A stretch of DNA of 64,000 nt. Source: an uncultured candidatus Brocadiaceae bacterium. Lineage in GTDB: Bacteria; Planctomycetota; UBA1135; UBA2386. Below the pieces are notes generated by a model. That model had not been told where the DNA came from. It searched no databases and was given only the letters and a program-made list of their open reading frames with translations. The DNA lies in NCBI GenBank assembly GCA_964538915.1, contig CAZIFB010000009.1, positions 51,506-115,505 on the forward strand, read 5' to 3'. The translations under genes were made by a program, and so were the position numbers. Of this stretch, positions 54,767 to 63,848 are shown one piece after another. Each line of letters begins with the position of its first letter. Position 1 is the first letter of the stretch.

Positions 54767-56497
54767 TCACCAGCGCACGATGGCGGTGAATCGCCGGGGC
54801 TCGTGCCACTGGGCCGCCACGAGGTGTCTGATTCCGTGCGCCGCGACGACTGCGCCGAGCCGCTGAACGAATCGTGGCACTTCGTGCCATGGGCTCTCTT
54901 CCTCGAGGTACGCCAAGGCCGGTGCGACCATGCCGACGAGGCCGTCCATCATTTCGGCGACGTCGGTCGTCGAGATCGCGGACCAATTCGGCGCCCAGCC
55001 CTGGATCTTCGCACGAACCGCCTCCGGGAGATCGGGTGCGCGCTCGCCTCTGCGACGGGCGGCGACGGTGTCGAGGAGCCCGCGGAAGGCGCGCTTCGTG
55101 GATTCGCGGCCGCCGATGCCGACGACGAGCAGGTCGTCGACGAACGCGTACTCGACCGGGATCGAGCCGGCGAGCTTGATGCCGTGGATCTTGTGGTCGC
55201 CGTACGCCTCCGTCTTGCGCGCCGCGTGCATCCCGCGCGCCCGGAGGGCCGTCTCCAGACTCCTTGCCAGTGCTTCGCCGTCGCGCAGGCGGACCGCGAA
55301 GCAGGTATCCCCGAATCGGTCGGAGAATCGTTCCGCGTCCTCGTCGGGTTCGTCGGCGCTGCCCTCGGCCATCGCCTGGATGTCGTCGATGCGGAGGTAT
55401 TCGTTGCCGAGGTGCACGAGCACGTCGTCGCGGATCCGCAGCTTGGTGAACTCCCGCACTTTCTCTTCGACCGTCGTCTCGACCGCCTGACGGTCCGCGC
55501 CCTCCGTGGCGGCGACCACTTCGACGATCGCGCGGAGGAACGCGGTCGCGTCGAAGCGGCCGAACGACCAGCACGTCGCGTCTGGCGGCAGATACTCCAG
55601 CATCGTCGGTTCCGTCGCCGGCGTCGGGGCGAAGACGTCGAGCACGCCGCGCGGCCCTTCGCCCAGAGCCAGGGCGAACGACTCCTCGGCGTGTGTGCCG
55701 TTCGCGCGCAGCGAGAGCGTGATGCGTTGCCAGGACGTGAGCCCCGTGGCGTCGAGCACCCTGGCGATGCGTCCTGCTTCCGGCACGTCGACCGCATCGA
55801 GTGTCGCGCGCAAGGCGGCCATGCTCGGCGCCACTTCCGCCTGCAGGCCGAGGGTCGCGTTCGCCATGTCGGGTTCGAGTTCGAAGCCCCGCTCGTGCGC
55901 CTCGAGCACCGACGCGGCGTGCGTCGCGAGGTCGTTGCCGAACAGGACGACGAGCGCGTCGCCGCGTCGCGTCGGTCCCGCCAGTTCGCCGTACGCGAGC
56001 GTGTGGAAACTCACGGACTCGCCGCCGATCTCGCGCTCTCTCCGGTCACCGGGCATGGCAGCGCGGATCGCCTTCTCGATCGCGTCGAGGTCCGTTTTCC
56101 CGTCGGCGAAGATCGCCAGCGACGCCAGCAGGTGCGGGGGCTGCTCGTGCTTCAACGGGGTCAGGTCGACGGAGAGTCCGAAGACCACGTCGCCGGCATG
56201 GCCGGCGAACGCATCGATCACCGCGTCCCACTTCGCGACCGTCGCCTCGTCGAGCGAGTCGTCGCCGACGAAGTCGTCGACGGCACTCTGCCACAGCGCT
56301 CGTGCGGATGCCGCGAGCTGGGCGTCGCCGAAGACCTTGCCGACGCCGGTCGCTGCGAAGTCCTGCCGCCAGCCGGCGAAGCCCTTCGTGCGAGCGACGA
56401 TCGCCGCGTTCGGCGGCACGAAGCGGAACGGGTCCTGTTGGGCTTCGGCGGGCAGCGCTGCGGCGAGCGCGAGTGTGAGGGAGAGTCCGGAGCGCAT
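54767..56497 (-). CDS. Secreted hypothetical protein (DUF3352-like, tentative)
   Basis: Signal ending AEAQ; DPFRFVPPNA and MLEYLPPDA repeat-like halves; start reassigned to MRSGLSL. Confidence 0.55.
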   Translation of the reverse strand: MRSGLSLTLALAAALPAEAQQDPFRFVPPNAAIVARTKGFAGWRQDFAATGVGKVFGDAQLAASARALWQSAVDDFVGDDSLDEATVAKWDAVIDAFAGHAGDVVFGLSVDLTPLKHEQPPHLLASLAIFADGKTDLDAIEKAIRAAMPGDRREREIGGESVSFHTLAYGELAGPTRRGDALVVLFGNDLATHAASVLEAHERGFELEPDMANATLGLQAEVAPSMAALRATLDAVDVPEAGRIARVLDATGLTSWQRITLSLRANGTHAEESFALALGEGPRGVLDVFAPTPATEPTMLEYLPPDATCWSFGRFDATAFLRAIVEVVAATEGADRQAVETTVEEKVREFTKLRIRDDVLVHLGNEYLRIDDIQAMAEGSADEPDEDAERFSDRFGDTCFAVRLRDGEALARSLETALRARGMHAARKTEAYGDHKIHGIKLAGSIPVEYAFVDDLLVVGIGGRESTKRAFRGLLDTVAARRRGERAPDLPEAVRAKIQGWAPNWSAISTTDVAEMMDGLVGMVAPALAYLEEESPWHEVPRFVQRLGAVVAAHGIRHLVAAQWHEPRRFTAIVRW

Positions 56498-56583
56498 GCG
56501 GTCAGCGGAGCGGAGTCGCGCCGTGTGCGCAAGCGCATCGACGCGCGAGCCCGTGAGTGGCACGTCCGCTACGGTTCCGCGCC

Positions 56584-57300
56584 ATGACGCTCCGATTGCC
56601 CGGCCTCGCTCTTCCGTTCGTCGTGCTCGCGTGCAGCGTGGCACCGCCGCCGGCGACCGACGCGAGCGACCTGCGCCCGTTCTTCGCTGCGCACGGGCTG
56701 CCGCCGCGGTCGCAGGGGCCGCGCCCGACGTGTTCGATCTTCACGACGGTGGCCGCGTTCGAGTTCGCGGTCGCGAAGGTGACGGGCGCCGGCACCCGAC
56801 TCAGCGTCGAGTACGCGAACTGGGCCGCGAACGCCGCGAACGGCCGCGCCGACGACGGCGACTTCTTCCACTTCGCGACGAGCGGCCACGAACGCTTCGG
56901 CATCTGCCGCGACGAGCTCTGGCCGTACGCCGCCGCGTTCGACGCGCAGGCCGTGCCGGCGCCCGACGCGCTCGTCGACGGCGGCCGCCATCTCGCGACG
57001 ATCGCACCGCGATTGCGCGTGCGCTGGATCCGGCCGAGCGACGGCAAGCCGGGCCTCGACGACGCGCAGTTCGCCGACGTGCTGCGCACGCTCGCCGCGG
57101 GCTGGCCGGTCGCGGCCGGCTCGGGCCACAGCCGCCTTCTCGTCGGCTACCGCGCGGACCCCGCCGCGGCGGGCGGCGGCACGTTCTTCACGCTCGACTC
57201 CGCGCTCGGCGCGTTCGCCGAAGTGCCGGCGGCGTTCGTGCGCAACGACCTCTACGACGCGTTCGTCGTGGAAGAGGCCTCCGGCGCGGCGGCGCGGTGA
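56584..57300 (+). CDS. Papain-like (C1) cysteine peptidase, lipoprotein
   Basis: Lipobox LACS; SQGPRPTCSIF (Gln/Cys), GHSRLLVGY (His), FTLDSALG in place of NSWG. Confidence 0.75.
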   Translation: MTLRLPGLALPFVVLACSVAPPPATDASDLRPFFAAHGLPPRSQGPRPTCSIFTTVAAFEFAVAKVTGAGTRLSVEYANWAANAANGRADDGDFFHFATSGHERFGICRDELWPYAAAFDAQAVPAPDALVDGGRHLATIAPRLRVRWIRPSDGKPGLDDAQFADVLRTLAAGWPVAAGSGHSRLLVGYRADPAAAGGGTFFTLDSALGAFAEVPAAFVRNDLYDAFVVEEASGAAAR

Positions 57301-57313
57301 TCGCGGCGCCGCT

Positions 57314-60175
57314 TCACGGCATCGACGCGCGCTCCGGATCGATGCTGCGGGAGGGACGGAAGCCGAGGAAAGGCCACGTGCTGTGCGGGGCCACGTTCGA
57401 ACGCATCGCGGAACGGCAGTAGATCCACGAGTTCTGGGCCGCGCTGATCCGCGCCGTGCGTTCGTAGTTGGCCTCCAGGCTGCCGCGCTGTCCGTCGCCC
57501 GGCCGCGCCGTGCGCTGCTCGTAGAAGAAGAAGCGGTCCCGGCACCACTCGGCGGCGTTGCCGCAGACGTCGTGCAGTCCGTACGCGTTCGGTCGCAGAC
57601 TGCCGACCGGAGCGGTCTCCGCGAAACCGTCGTCGAACGAGCCGTGCGAGAGGTCGGGCGCCTGCTGGAACGCGAGTTCCGGGTGAGCCCGGACCCGGGC
57701 CGCGTCGAGGATGTTGGCGCAACCGACCAGCGACGCACTGTCCGCGCCGTGCGGGTACGGCGTCGACGTTCCGCCGCGCACCGCGCGCTCCCACTGTGCC
57801 TCCGTCGGCAGGTCGAGGTCGAGGCGGCGGCAGAACTCGCGGGCCTGCAGGTACGACATCTGCGTTGCGGGATGCCTGCCGGTGATCTCGATGCCTTCGT
57901 TCGTCCTGGTTCCGGGGGCGTTGAGGGTGACGTTCGGATCTCCGTGGGTGCGCCACTGTGCGAGCGTCACCTCGAACTTCGCGATCAGGAACGGCGCGAG
58001 CACGACTTCGTGCGGCGGCCACTCGACAGCCTGGGCGCGCGGATCCGGGTTGGGCAGTCCTTCCTCCGGGCGAGAGGCGCCCATGTGGAACGATCCGCCG
58101 GGCACGAGCACGAGCACGATTCCCTCGGCGCCGTCTGCGCCGAGTTCGACGTGGCCGCGGCCGAGGTTCTCGCCCTTCCACGATGGGCGCCTGCCCGAGG
58201 CCATGTGCCAGAACTCCCACAGGCCGGAGTGCTCGTCGGTGCCGAGCGGAACGAGCCCCGGGATCGGCGCGAGCGCCGTGCCGTGGTACGGCGAATCACC
58301 GCGCGCGACGTCCGCGATGCAGCGCCGCCAGGCTTCCGCGTCTTCGCCGGTCACGCGCTCCTCCAGCGCGATCGCGCGGGAACGGCGTTCCCGGATGTCG
58401 GCGACGGCGCCCGTGCCTTCGACCAGGATGCGCCGCGTCTGCGCGATGAGGCGCTCCAGCTGTTCGTGCTGGAACTGACGGACCTCGTCGGGGAATCGCC
58501 ACCGCTGCTGACGCGTCTGCCGGTCCCGCAGCGCCGTCGCGGCGCTCCGGCGCGTTCCGAGGGTGTCGCGAACGGTCGACGCCCAGCGAAGCATCACCTT
58601 CGCGCCCTCGACCCGCGCCGTCGCGTCGAGCCGCACGGCGTCCGGCGCGTCCTCGGGCAGGTCCTGCAGTTGCTCGAAGCGCTCGTCCACGCGGGACGTC
58701 AGCGGGCCGACCATCTCGGCGAATGCGATGTCGGCTTCCATGTCCGCGAGCGCCGGCATGTCGGCCGGGTCGCCGAAGTCGGCGGCCTCCGCGGGCAGAG
58801 CCTCGCTGCGCAGGTTCGCGAGGCGCTGCTCGAACTCGGGCAACCGTCGCTCCAGGTTCGCTGCGCGGTCGAGCCACGCGTCGTAGCGCGCTCGTTGTCG
58901 AGGCGTCACTGGCCACGCGTCGGTGTCGACCTCCGCGATCATGTGTTCGACGGCGCGCAGGTCGGCGAGCCGCTCCCATTCCCGGCCCTGGATGCCGCGC
59001 ATCACGAAGAGTGCGCTCACGACCGCGCCCGCGACCAGCTGGATCACCGCAAGGGCGGCGAGTGTCGCGAGGCCACGGTTGCGGCGCGCCCAGCGGCGGA
59101 CGCGCATCCAGGTCGTCACCGGCCGGGCGAGGATCGGTTCGCCCGCCCGCACGTGGGCGAGGTCGTCGGCGAGCGCCGCCGCCGTCGAGTACCGGCTCGC
59201 CGGTTCTTTCGCGAGCGCGGTCGCGACGACGACGGCGAGGTCCGTGCCGATGTTCGGCACGCCGCGGAGATCCGTGGGCTCCTCGTCCGTGATGACGCGG
59301 CAGAGCGCTTCGTAGGTCGGAGCGCCGAACGGCCGCCGCCCCGTCAGTGCCTCGTACAGCGACACGCCCAGCGCCCACACGTCGACGCGCCGGTCCGCGA
59401 GCGGGCTGCCGGCGCGGATCTGCTCGGGGGCGAGGTACGCCGGCGTGCCGAACAGCTCGCCCGAGCGCGTGAGCCCGGCACCGCCGTCGTCGAGGCTCCG
59501 CACGAGCCCGAAGTCGATGACGATCGGATCGCCAGCGGCCGTCACGAGGATGTTGCCGGGCTTCACGTCGCGGTGGACGAAGCCTGCTTCGTGTGCGTGG
59601 TGCAGTGCGCGCGCGACGCGCTCGAAGAGGTCGATGGTCGCCGCCCGCCGGGCATCGGCGGGAACATCGGCCAGGTGTTGCAGCAGCGGTTTGCCCTCGA
59701 CGAAGTGCATCACCAGGAACGGCACGCCTTCGTGTTCGTCGGCGTCGTGCAGCGCGCACAGCCCGGGATGCGCGAGTCGCGACGCGGCCTCGGCTTCGCG
59801 CCGGAACCGTTCCTTCGCGGCGAGCGAACTGCTGCCGAACCCGGTCAAGAGCTTCAGCGCCACGCGCCGCCCGAGGCGCTCGTCGAGCGCCAGGTAGACG
59901 ATGCCCTGGCCGCCGCGGCCGATCGTGTCGACGATGCGATAGCGCCCGATGCGATCCTGCGACGTCGCCGCGGCAGGAGGACCGTCGCTCGCCAGACGCG
60001 CGAGTTCTGTGCGGACCAGGTCTTCGTGCCCGGGAAACGCGGCGACGTAGTCCTCGACCGATCGCTGACCGCCCTTCTGCCGATCGAGCAGCACCCGCTC
60101 GAGCAGGGCGACGACGATCGCGGACGACGCGTTGCCGTGAGTGGGTTCGTGGGACGGGTGCTTCGCCTCCTCCAT
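57314..60175 (-). CDS. Membrane Ser/Thr protein kinase with C-terminal FGE-sulfatase domain
   Basis: GRGGQG, VALK, HRDVKPGN, DFG, GTPAYLAPEQ; TM helix; FLIAKFEVT, LPTEAQWE, PNAYGLHDVCGNAAEWC, GFRPSR. Confidence 0.9.
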   Translation of the reverse strand: MEEAKHPSHEPTHGNASSAIVVALLERVLLDRQKGGQRSVEDYVAAFPGHEDLVRTELARLASDGPPAAATSQDRIGRYRIVDTIGRGGQGIVYLALDERLGRRVALKLLTGFGSSSLAAKERFRREAEAASRLAHPGLCALHDADEHEGVPFLVMHFVEGKPLLQHLADVPADARRAATIDLFERVARALHHAHEAGFVHRDVKPGNILVTAAGDPIVIDFGLVRSLDDGGAGLTRSGELFGTPAYLAPEQIRAGSPLADRRVDVWALGVSLYEALTGRRPFGAPTYEALCRVITDEEPTDLRGVPNIGTDLAVVVATALAKEPASRYSTAAALADDLAHVRAGEPILARPVTTWMRVRRWARRNRGLATLAALAVIQLVAGAVVSALFVMRGIQGREWERLADLRAVEHMIAEVDTDAWPVTPRQRARYDAWLDRAANLERRLPEFEQRLANLRSEALPAEAADFGDPADMPALADMEADIAFAEMVGPLTSRVDERFEQLQDLPEDAPDAVRLDATARVEGAKVMLRWASTVRDTLGTRRSAATALRDRQTRQQRWRFPDEVRQFQHEQLERLIAQTRRILVEGTGAVADIRERRSRAIALEERVTGEDAEAWRRCIADVARGDSPYHGTALAPIPGLVPLGTDEHSGLWEFWHMASGRRPSWKGENLGRGHVELGADGAEGIVLVLVPGGSFHMGASRPEEGLPNPDPRAQAVEWPPHEVVLAPFLIAKFEVTLAQWRTHGDPNVTLNAPGTRTNEGIEITGRHPATQMSYLQAREFCRRLDLDLPTEAQWERAVRGGTSTPYPHGADSASLVGCANILDAARVRAHPELAFQQAPDLSHGSFDDGFAETAPVGSLRPNAYGLHDVCGNAAEWCRDRFFFYEQRTARPGDGQRGSLEANYERTARISAAQNSWIYCRSAMRSNVAPHSTWPFLGFRPSRSIDPERASMP

Positions 60176-60234
60176 CCGCAACACCCTAGCGCCGGCCGCT
60201 GGCGACGCCGAGACCGTCTGCTCATGATCCGCGA

Positions 60235-60882
60235 ATGGAAGACGACTCGCGCCGCGACGAGCGGGCCGAAGGTGACCACGGAACGACGTCGCACCATCTG
60301 CGCGGCGCGGTCGCCGGGGACATGACCGCGCTCGACGAACTCGTGCGCCGCGTGACGCCGCTGCTCCTGTCCGCGGCGTCGTACCGCCTTCGCAGCCTCG
60401 CGGGTCGCGCCTGCGAACCGATGGATCTGGTGCAGGACGTCTGGATGCGCACGCTGCCACGGCTCGGCCAGCTCCGCGAACGCGACGGCCGGCTCACGCC
60501 CGTGCTGCTGGCCTGGCTCGGAACGACGTTGCGCCGGCGCGCACGCGATCTGCTCGAGACCGCGCTGCGGCGGCATCGCACGGTGCCACTGGCGGACGCG
60601 GACGACGCGCTGCCCGAAGTTCCGGAAGCGACGCGCGGCGTCGTGTCGCGCGTGGTGTACGCCGAGAACCGCGGCCTGGTCGACACTGCCCTGGAAGCGC
60701 TCTCGGACTCGGATCGTGAGATCGTGCTGCTGCGGGGAGTCGAGCAGGTCCCCGTCGTCGAGGTCGCCACGCTGCTCGCGATCACTCCGAGCGCGGTGAA
60801 GATGCGCTACCTGCGTGCGCTCCAGCACCTTCGCGAGGAGGTGCCCCGTTCGATCTTCGACGAACTCGATGACGCGGACTGA
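60235..60882 (+). CDS. ECF RNA polymerase sigma factor
   Basis: AVAGD..ALDEL, EPMDLVQDVW, region 4 LSDSDREIVLLR...VEVATLLAITPSAVKMRYLRAL. Confidence 0.9.
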   Translation: MEDDSRRDERAEGDHGTTSHHLRGAVAGDMTALDELVRRVTPLLLSAASYRLRSLAGRACEPMDLVQDVWMRTLPRLGQLRERDGRLTPVLLAWLGTTLRRRARDLLETALRRHRTVPLADADDALPEVPEATRGVVSRVVYAENRGLVDTALEALSDSDREIVLLRGVEQVPVVEVATLLAITPSAVKMRYLRALQHLREEVPRSIFDELDDAD

Positions 60883-60909
60883 TCGACCGCCCCGCCGGAA
60901 TCGGCGAGG

Positions 60910-62538
60910 TCAGCGCGACAGCAGATGCAGTCCGCGCAGCCTGGTGTCGCCCTTCGCCTCGAGGCGCACCTCGAACAGGTCGAGGTCGGGCGGGAGCGGC
61001 ACGACGCAGCCTGCATCCTTGGTGGTCGCCGGAATCTCGACCGCGAGCGCGCCGTTCAGTAGCACCGTCATTGCCGCCGTGCCGCGGCTGCCAGCGCGCA
61101 GAAGCAGCGCCGAGCCGCGCACCGGGGCGGCGAGCCGCAGCACGGTGGGCCGGTTGTTCACCCGGAACTCCTGCTTCGGATCCGTGCCCGGCACGAACAT
61201 CGCCGCGATCTGCGGAGTCGGTCGATCGGCCTGCAGCACTTCGCCGGACAGGGCCACCGGCGCACCGTCGTTCGTTCTCGCCGCCACGGCGGCGGCGTCG
61301 AGGGGCGTGGCCTCGAGCGAAGCTGCCGCGCGTTCCCTCTCACGCCGCGCCACGGCGACGATCGCGGTGAGAGCCTGGGCACGCTCCTCGGTCAGTGCGG
61401 CGAGCTGCAGGTTCCCCGAGCAGACGACGGCGTCGCCGACCGTGTTGCCGAGCTGCACCGGCTTCGCCTCCCCGTCGATCGTGAGTGCGACGTTGCCCTG
61501 GGCGTCGACCGTCGCTTCGAACGCGACGTCGCGCGCCGGCAGCGTGCGCAGATCGATGCCCTTGCCGACGGTCTCCAGGGTCGCCGCATCGTGCTGCACT
61601 TCGGTGAACACGAAGCCGCGCTGGGCGGAGGCGGGCAGCGCCAGCATCGCACCGCGACCGGACGTCGCAGCCGCCACGAACGGCGCGAGTCGCGGTGCGG
61701 CAGCGGCGCGACGCTGCGCCTCGGCCCGATCGGCACGAGCCTTCGCGGCGTCGTCCGCGCGCTTCTTCGCCGCCGCTTCGGCGGCCTGTTGTTCGGCGAT
61801 CTGCTGCTGGCGCCGCCGCTCCGTCTCGCGAGCCCATTCGGCCGCCCGGGCTTCGTCCGCCTTCTTCTGTTCGGCGGCGAGCTTCGCGTGGTCCTCCGAA
61901 CCGAGAACGATCGCGCCGGGAAGGAGGGACGCCGACACGAAGCGCGGCCCTGAGCGCATCCTCACCTGCCGGTTCGGATCGCCGATGACCGGGTAGCCGT
62001 TCCGCACGTCGCCGGCGGTGTCGAACCAGGGCCGCAGCGGCCCGCCATCCTGCGAGTCGCCGCGATCGACGTGGGCCATGACGTCCCAGCCGCTCGTCGG
62101 CAGCAGGGCACCGCGGACCCTGCCCGCGAACGGCAGCGTGGCGCCGGTCTCCGCGATCGTGCGAACGACGAAGCGGCCGCGCAGTTCGTGGTCGATCATC
62201 ACGACCGGCTCCTTCAGGCGCAGCGTCGCGGTCCACTTCGTCTCCCACGCGACCGGCACCTTGCCGGCGTCGCCGCCGCCGCGTTCGACGTTCTTCCGCT
62301 GCCTCACGGACATCTCCGACTCGGCCCATTCGCCGAGTTCGACGTCGACGACTTCGATCCCGGTCGGCGCCAGCCCGAGGTTGCCCCAGTTGCCGCTGTC
62401 GAACGTCGACACCTCCTTCGCGATCGCCGGTTCGACCGCGGCTGCCGGCGGAGTGTTCGCACCGCACGCGGCCAGGGCGGCGGCGAGGCAGGCGATGGGA
62501 ACGCGGGGGAAGAAGGGACGGAGTGCGGGACTGGGCAT
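60910..62538 (-). CDS. Lipoprotein with central Ala/Glu/Lys/Arg-rich (TolA-like) coiled coil
   Basis: Lipobox LAAC; AEQKKADEARAAE..EQQAAEAAAKKRADDAAKARA; beta-rich flanking domains. Confidence 0.6.
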   Translation of the reverse strand: MPSPALRPFFPRVPIACLAAALAACGANTPPAAAVEPAIAKEVSTFDSGNWGNLGLAPTGIEVVDVELGEWAESEMSVRQRKNVERGGGDAGKVPVAWETKWTATLRLKEPVVMIDHELRGRFVVRTIAETGATLPFAGRVRGALLPTSGWDVMAHVDRGDSQDGGPLRPWFDTAGDVRNGYPVIGDPNRQVRMRSGPRFVSASLLPGAIVLGSEDHAKLAAEQKKADEARAAEWARETERRRQQQIAEQQAAEAAAKKRADDAAKARADRAEAQRRAAAAPRLAPFVAAATSGRGAMLALPASAQRGFVFTEVQHDAATLETVGKGIDLRTLPARDVAFEATVDAQGNVALTIDGEAKPVQLGNTVGDAVVCSGNLQLAALTEERAQALTAIVAVARRERERAAASLEATPLDAAAVAARTNDGAPVALSGEVLQADRPTPQIAAMFVPGTDPKQEFRVNNRPTVLRLAAPVRGSALLLRAGSRGTAAMTVLLNGALAVEIPATTKDAGCVVPLPPDLDLFEVRLEAKGDTRLRGLHLLSR

Positions 62539-62697
62539 GGGACCTCGGGTTGCTTGGACGAGATCCCCGAAGGGCCGACTGGCGCGGCGGTCACATCGTT
62601 TTCCGGCATGGCGGCGTCCGGGTTTCGCGGGCTCGGGTGTGACCGGTTCCCGGCTCGACCCTTCGAGGCCGGTGACTCCTGCAAAGCACATCCTCCG

Positions 62698-62997
62698 ATG
62701 AACCACCGCCATTCCCTCGTGCGCACCGCCGCGCTCTCGATCCTGTTGCCCCTCGCAGCCTGCGTCACTGCCGGCCGCCCGTTCGACCTCGCCGCCGCCG
62801 ACACCATCACCGTCGGCATGACGGAGGCCGAGGTCACCGCCGCGATGGGGGCGCCGCAACAGGTGCACGTCGACGACCAGGGCGGTCGGTGGCTCGGCTG
62901 GGTCTACTCGCGCGCCAGCATCTTCCGCAGCCACGTCCAGCAGTTCCTGGTGCGGATCACCGACGGCAAGGTCGACTCGATCCAGAAGCACTTCTGA
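62698..62997 (+). CDS. Small lipoprotein, SmpA/OmlA (BamE)-like fold
   Basis: Lipobox LAAC; ITVGMTEAEV..AMGAP, W.W.Y, V.F/I..GKV pattern. Confidence 0.65.
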   Translation: MNHRHSLVRTAALSILLPLAACVTAGRPFDLAAADTITVGMTEAEVTAAMGAPQQVHVDDQGGRWLGWVYSRASIFRSHVQQFLVRITDGKVDSIQKHF

Positions 62998-63043
62998 CTC
63001 GTCGCGGTGCCGTGGGGGCGTCCGTCGCGAGCGCGCTCGTCGC

Positions 63044-63772
63044 TCAGGCCTGCCGGAGTCCGATAGCCGTTCCGATGTCGGCGAGCATGCGCGGCACGAC
63101 GTCCGCGGCGCGGCCCTCGTGCCACCGGTCGCCGCCGTCGAGGTTGTCCGGTGCCTCGAGCGCCTGGACCCAGGTGACCGCGCCGTGCGAACGCGCCTGC
63201 TGCAGCATCCCGGCGGCGGGCCAGACCTTGCCGCTCGTGCCGATCGCGACGAAGTGCGTGCAGCGCCGCAGCGCGCGCTCGATCTCGCCCATGTGGAACG
63301 GCACCTCGCCGAACCACACGATGTGCGGGCGGAGCCGCGCGTGGCCGCACGCTTCGCACGGGACGAAGCGCCCCGGGTCGAAGTGCACACGGTCCTCGAC
63401 CACGGTCTCGCACGACTCGCAGCGCAGCTTCATCAGTTCGCCGTGCATGTGCAGGACCTCGCTGCCCGCGCGGTCGTGCAGGTCGTCGACGTTCTGCGTC
63501 ACGAGGGTCACGCCGTGGCCCGCTTCGGTCGCCGCTTCGGCGAACTCGGCGAGTGCGCGGTGCGCGGCGTTGGGCTCAACGGTCCGCAGCTGTCGCCGTC
63601 GTTCCTGGTAGAAGCGCCAGACGAGCGACGGGTTGCGCTCCCAGCCGTCGGGCGTCGCGACGTCCTCGACGCGCTGCCCTTCCCACAGACCGCCGGCGTC
63701 GCGGAACGTGCGCACGCCGGAGTCGGCGCTCACACCGGCGCCCGTCAGGATCAGCACGTGGTGGCTCTGCAT
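63044..63772 (-). CDS. cobB: NAD-dependent protein deacylase (sirtuin class III)
   Basis: TGAGVSADSG..TFR, PNAAH, TQNVDDLH, HMHGEL, CxxC..CxxC, LRPHIVWFGE, GTSG.V.PAA; YxxR (FYQER) acyl-specificity motif. Confidence 0.93.
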   Translation of the reverse strand: MQSHHVLILTGAGVSADSGVRTFRDAGGLWEGQRVEDVATPDGWERNPSLVWRFYQERRRQLRTVEPNAAHRALAEFAEAATEAGHGVTLVTQNVDDLHDRAGSEVLHMHGELMKLRCESCETVVEDRVHFDPGRFVPCEACGHARLRPHIVWFGEVPFHMGEIERALRRCTHFVAIGTSGKVWPAAGMLQQARSHGAVTWVQALEAPDNLDGGDRWHEGRAADVVPRMLADIGTAIGLRQA

Positions 63773-63848
63773 GCGCGCATCTCACGCCGTCGGTGTTCCC
63801 GACACCAGAGACTTGCGAGGCGGCGGAGCGCGATGGACAACGCGCCGC

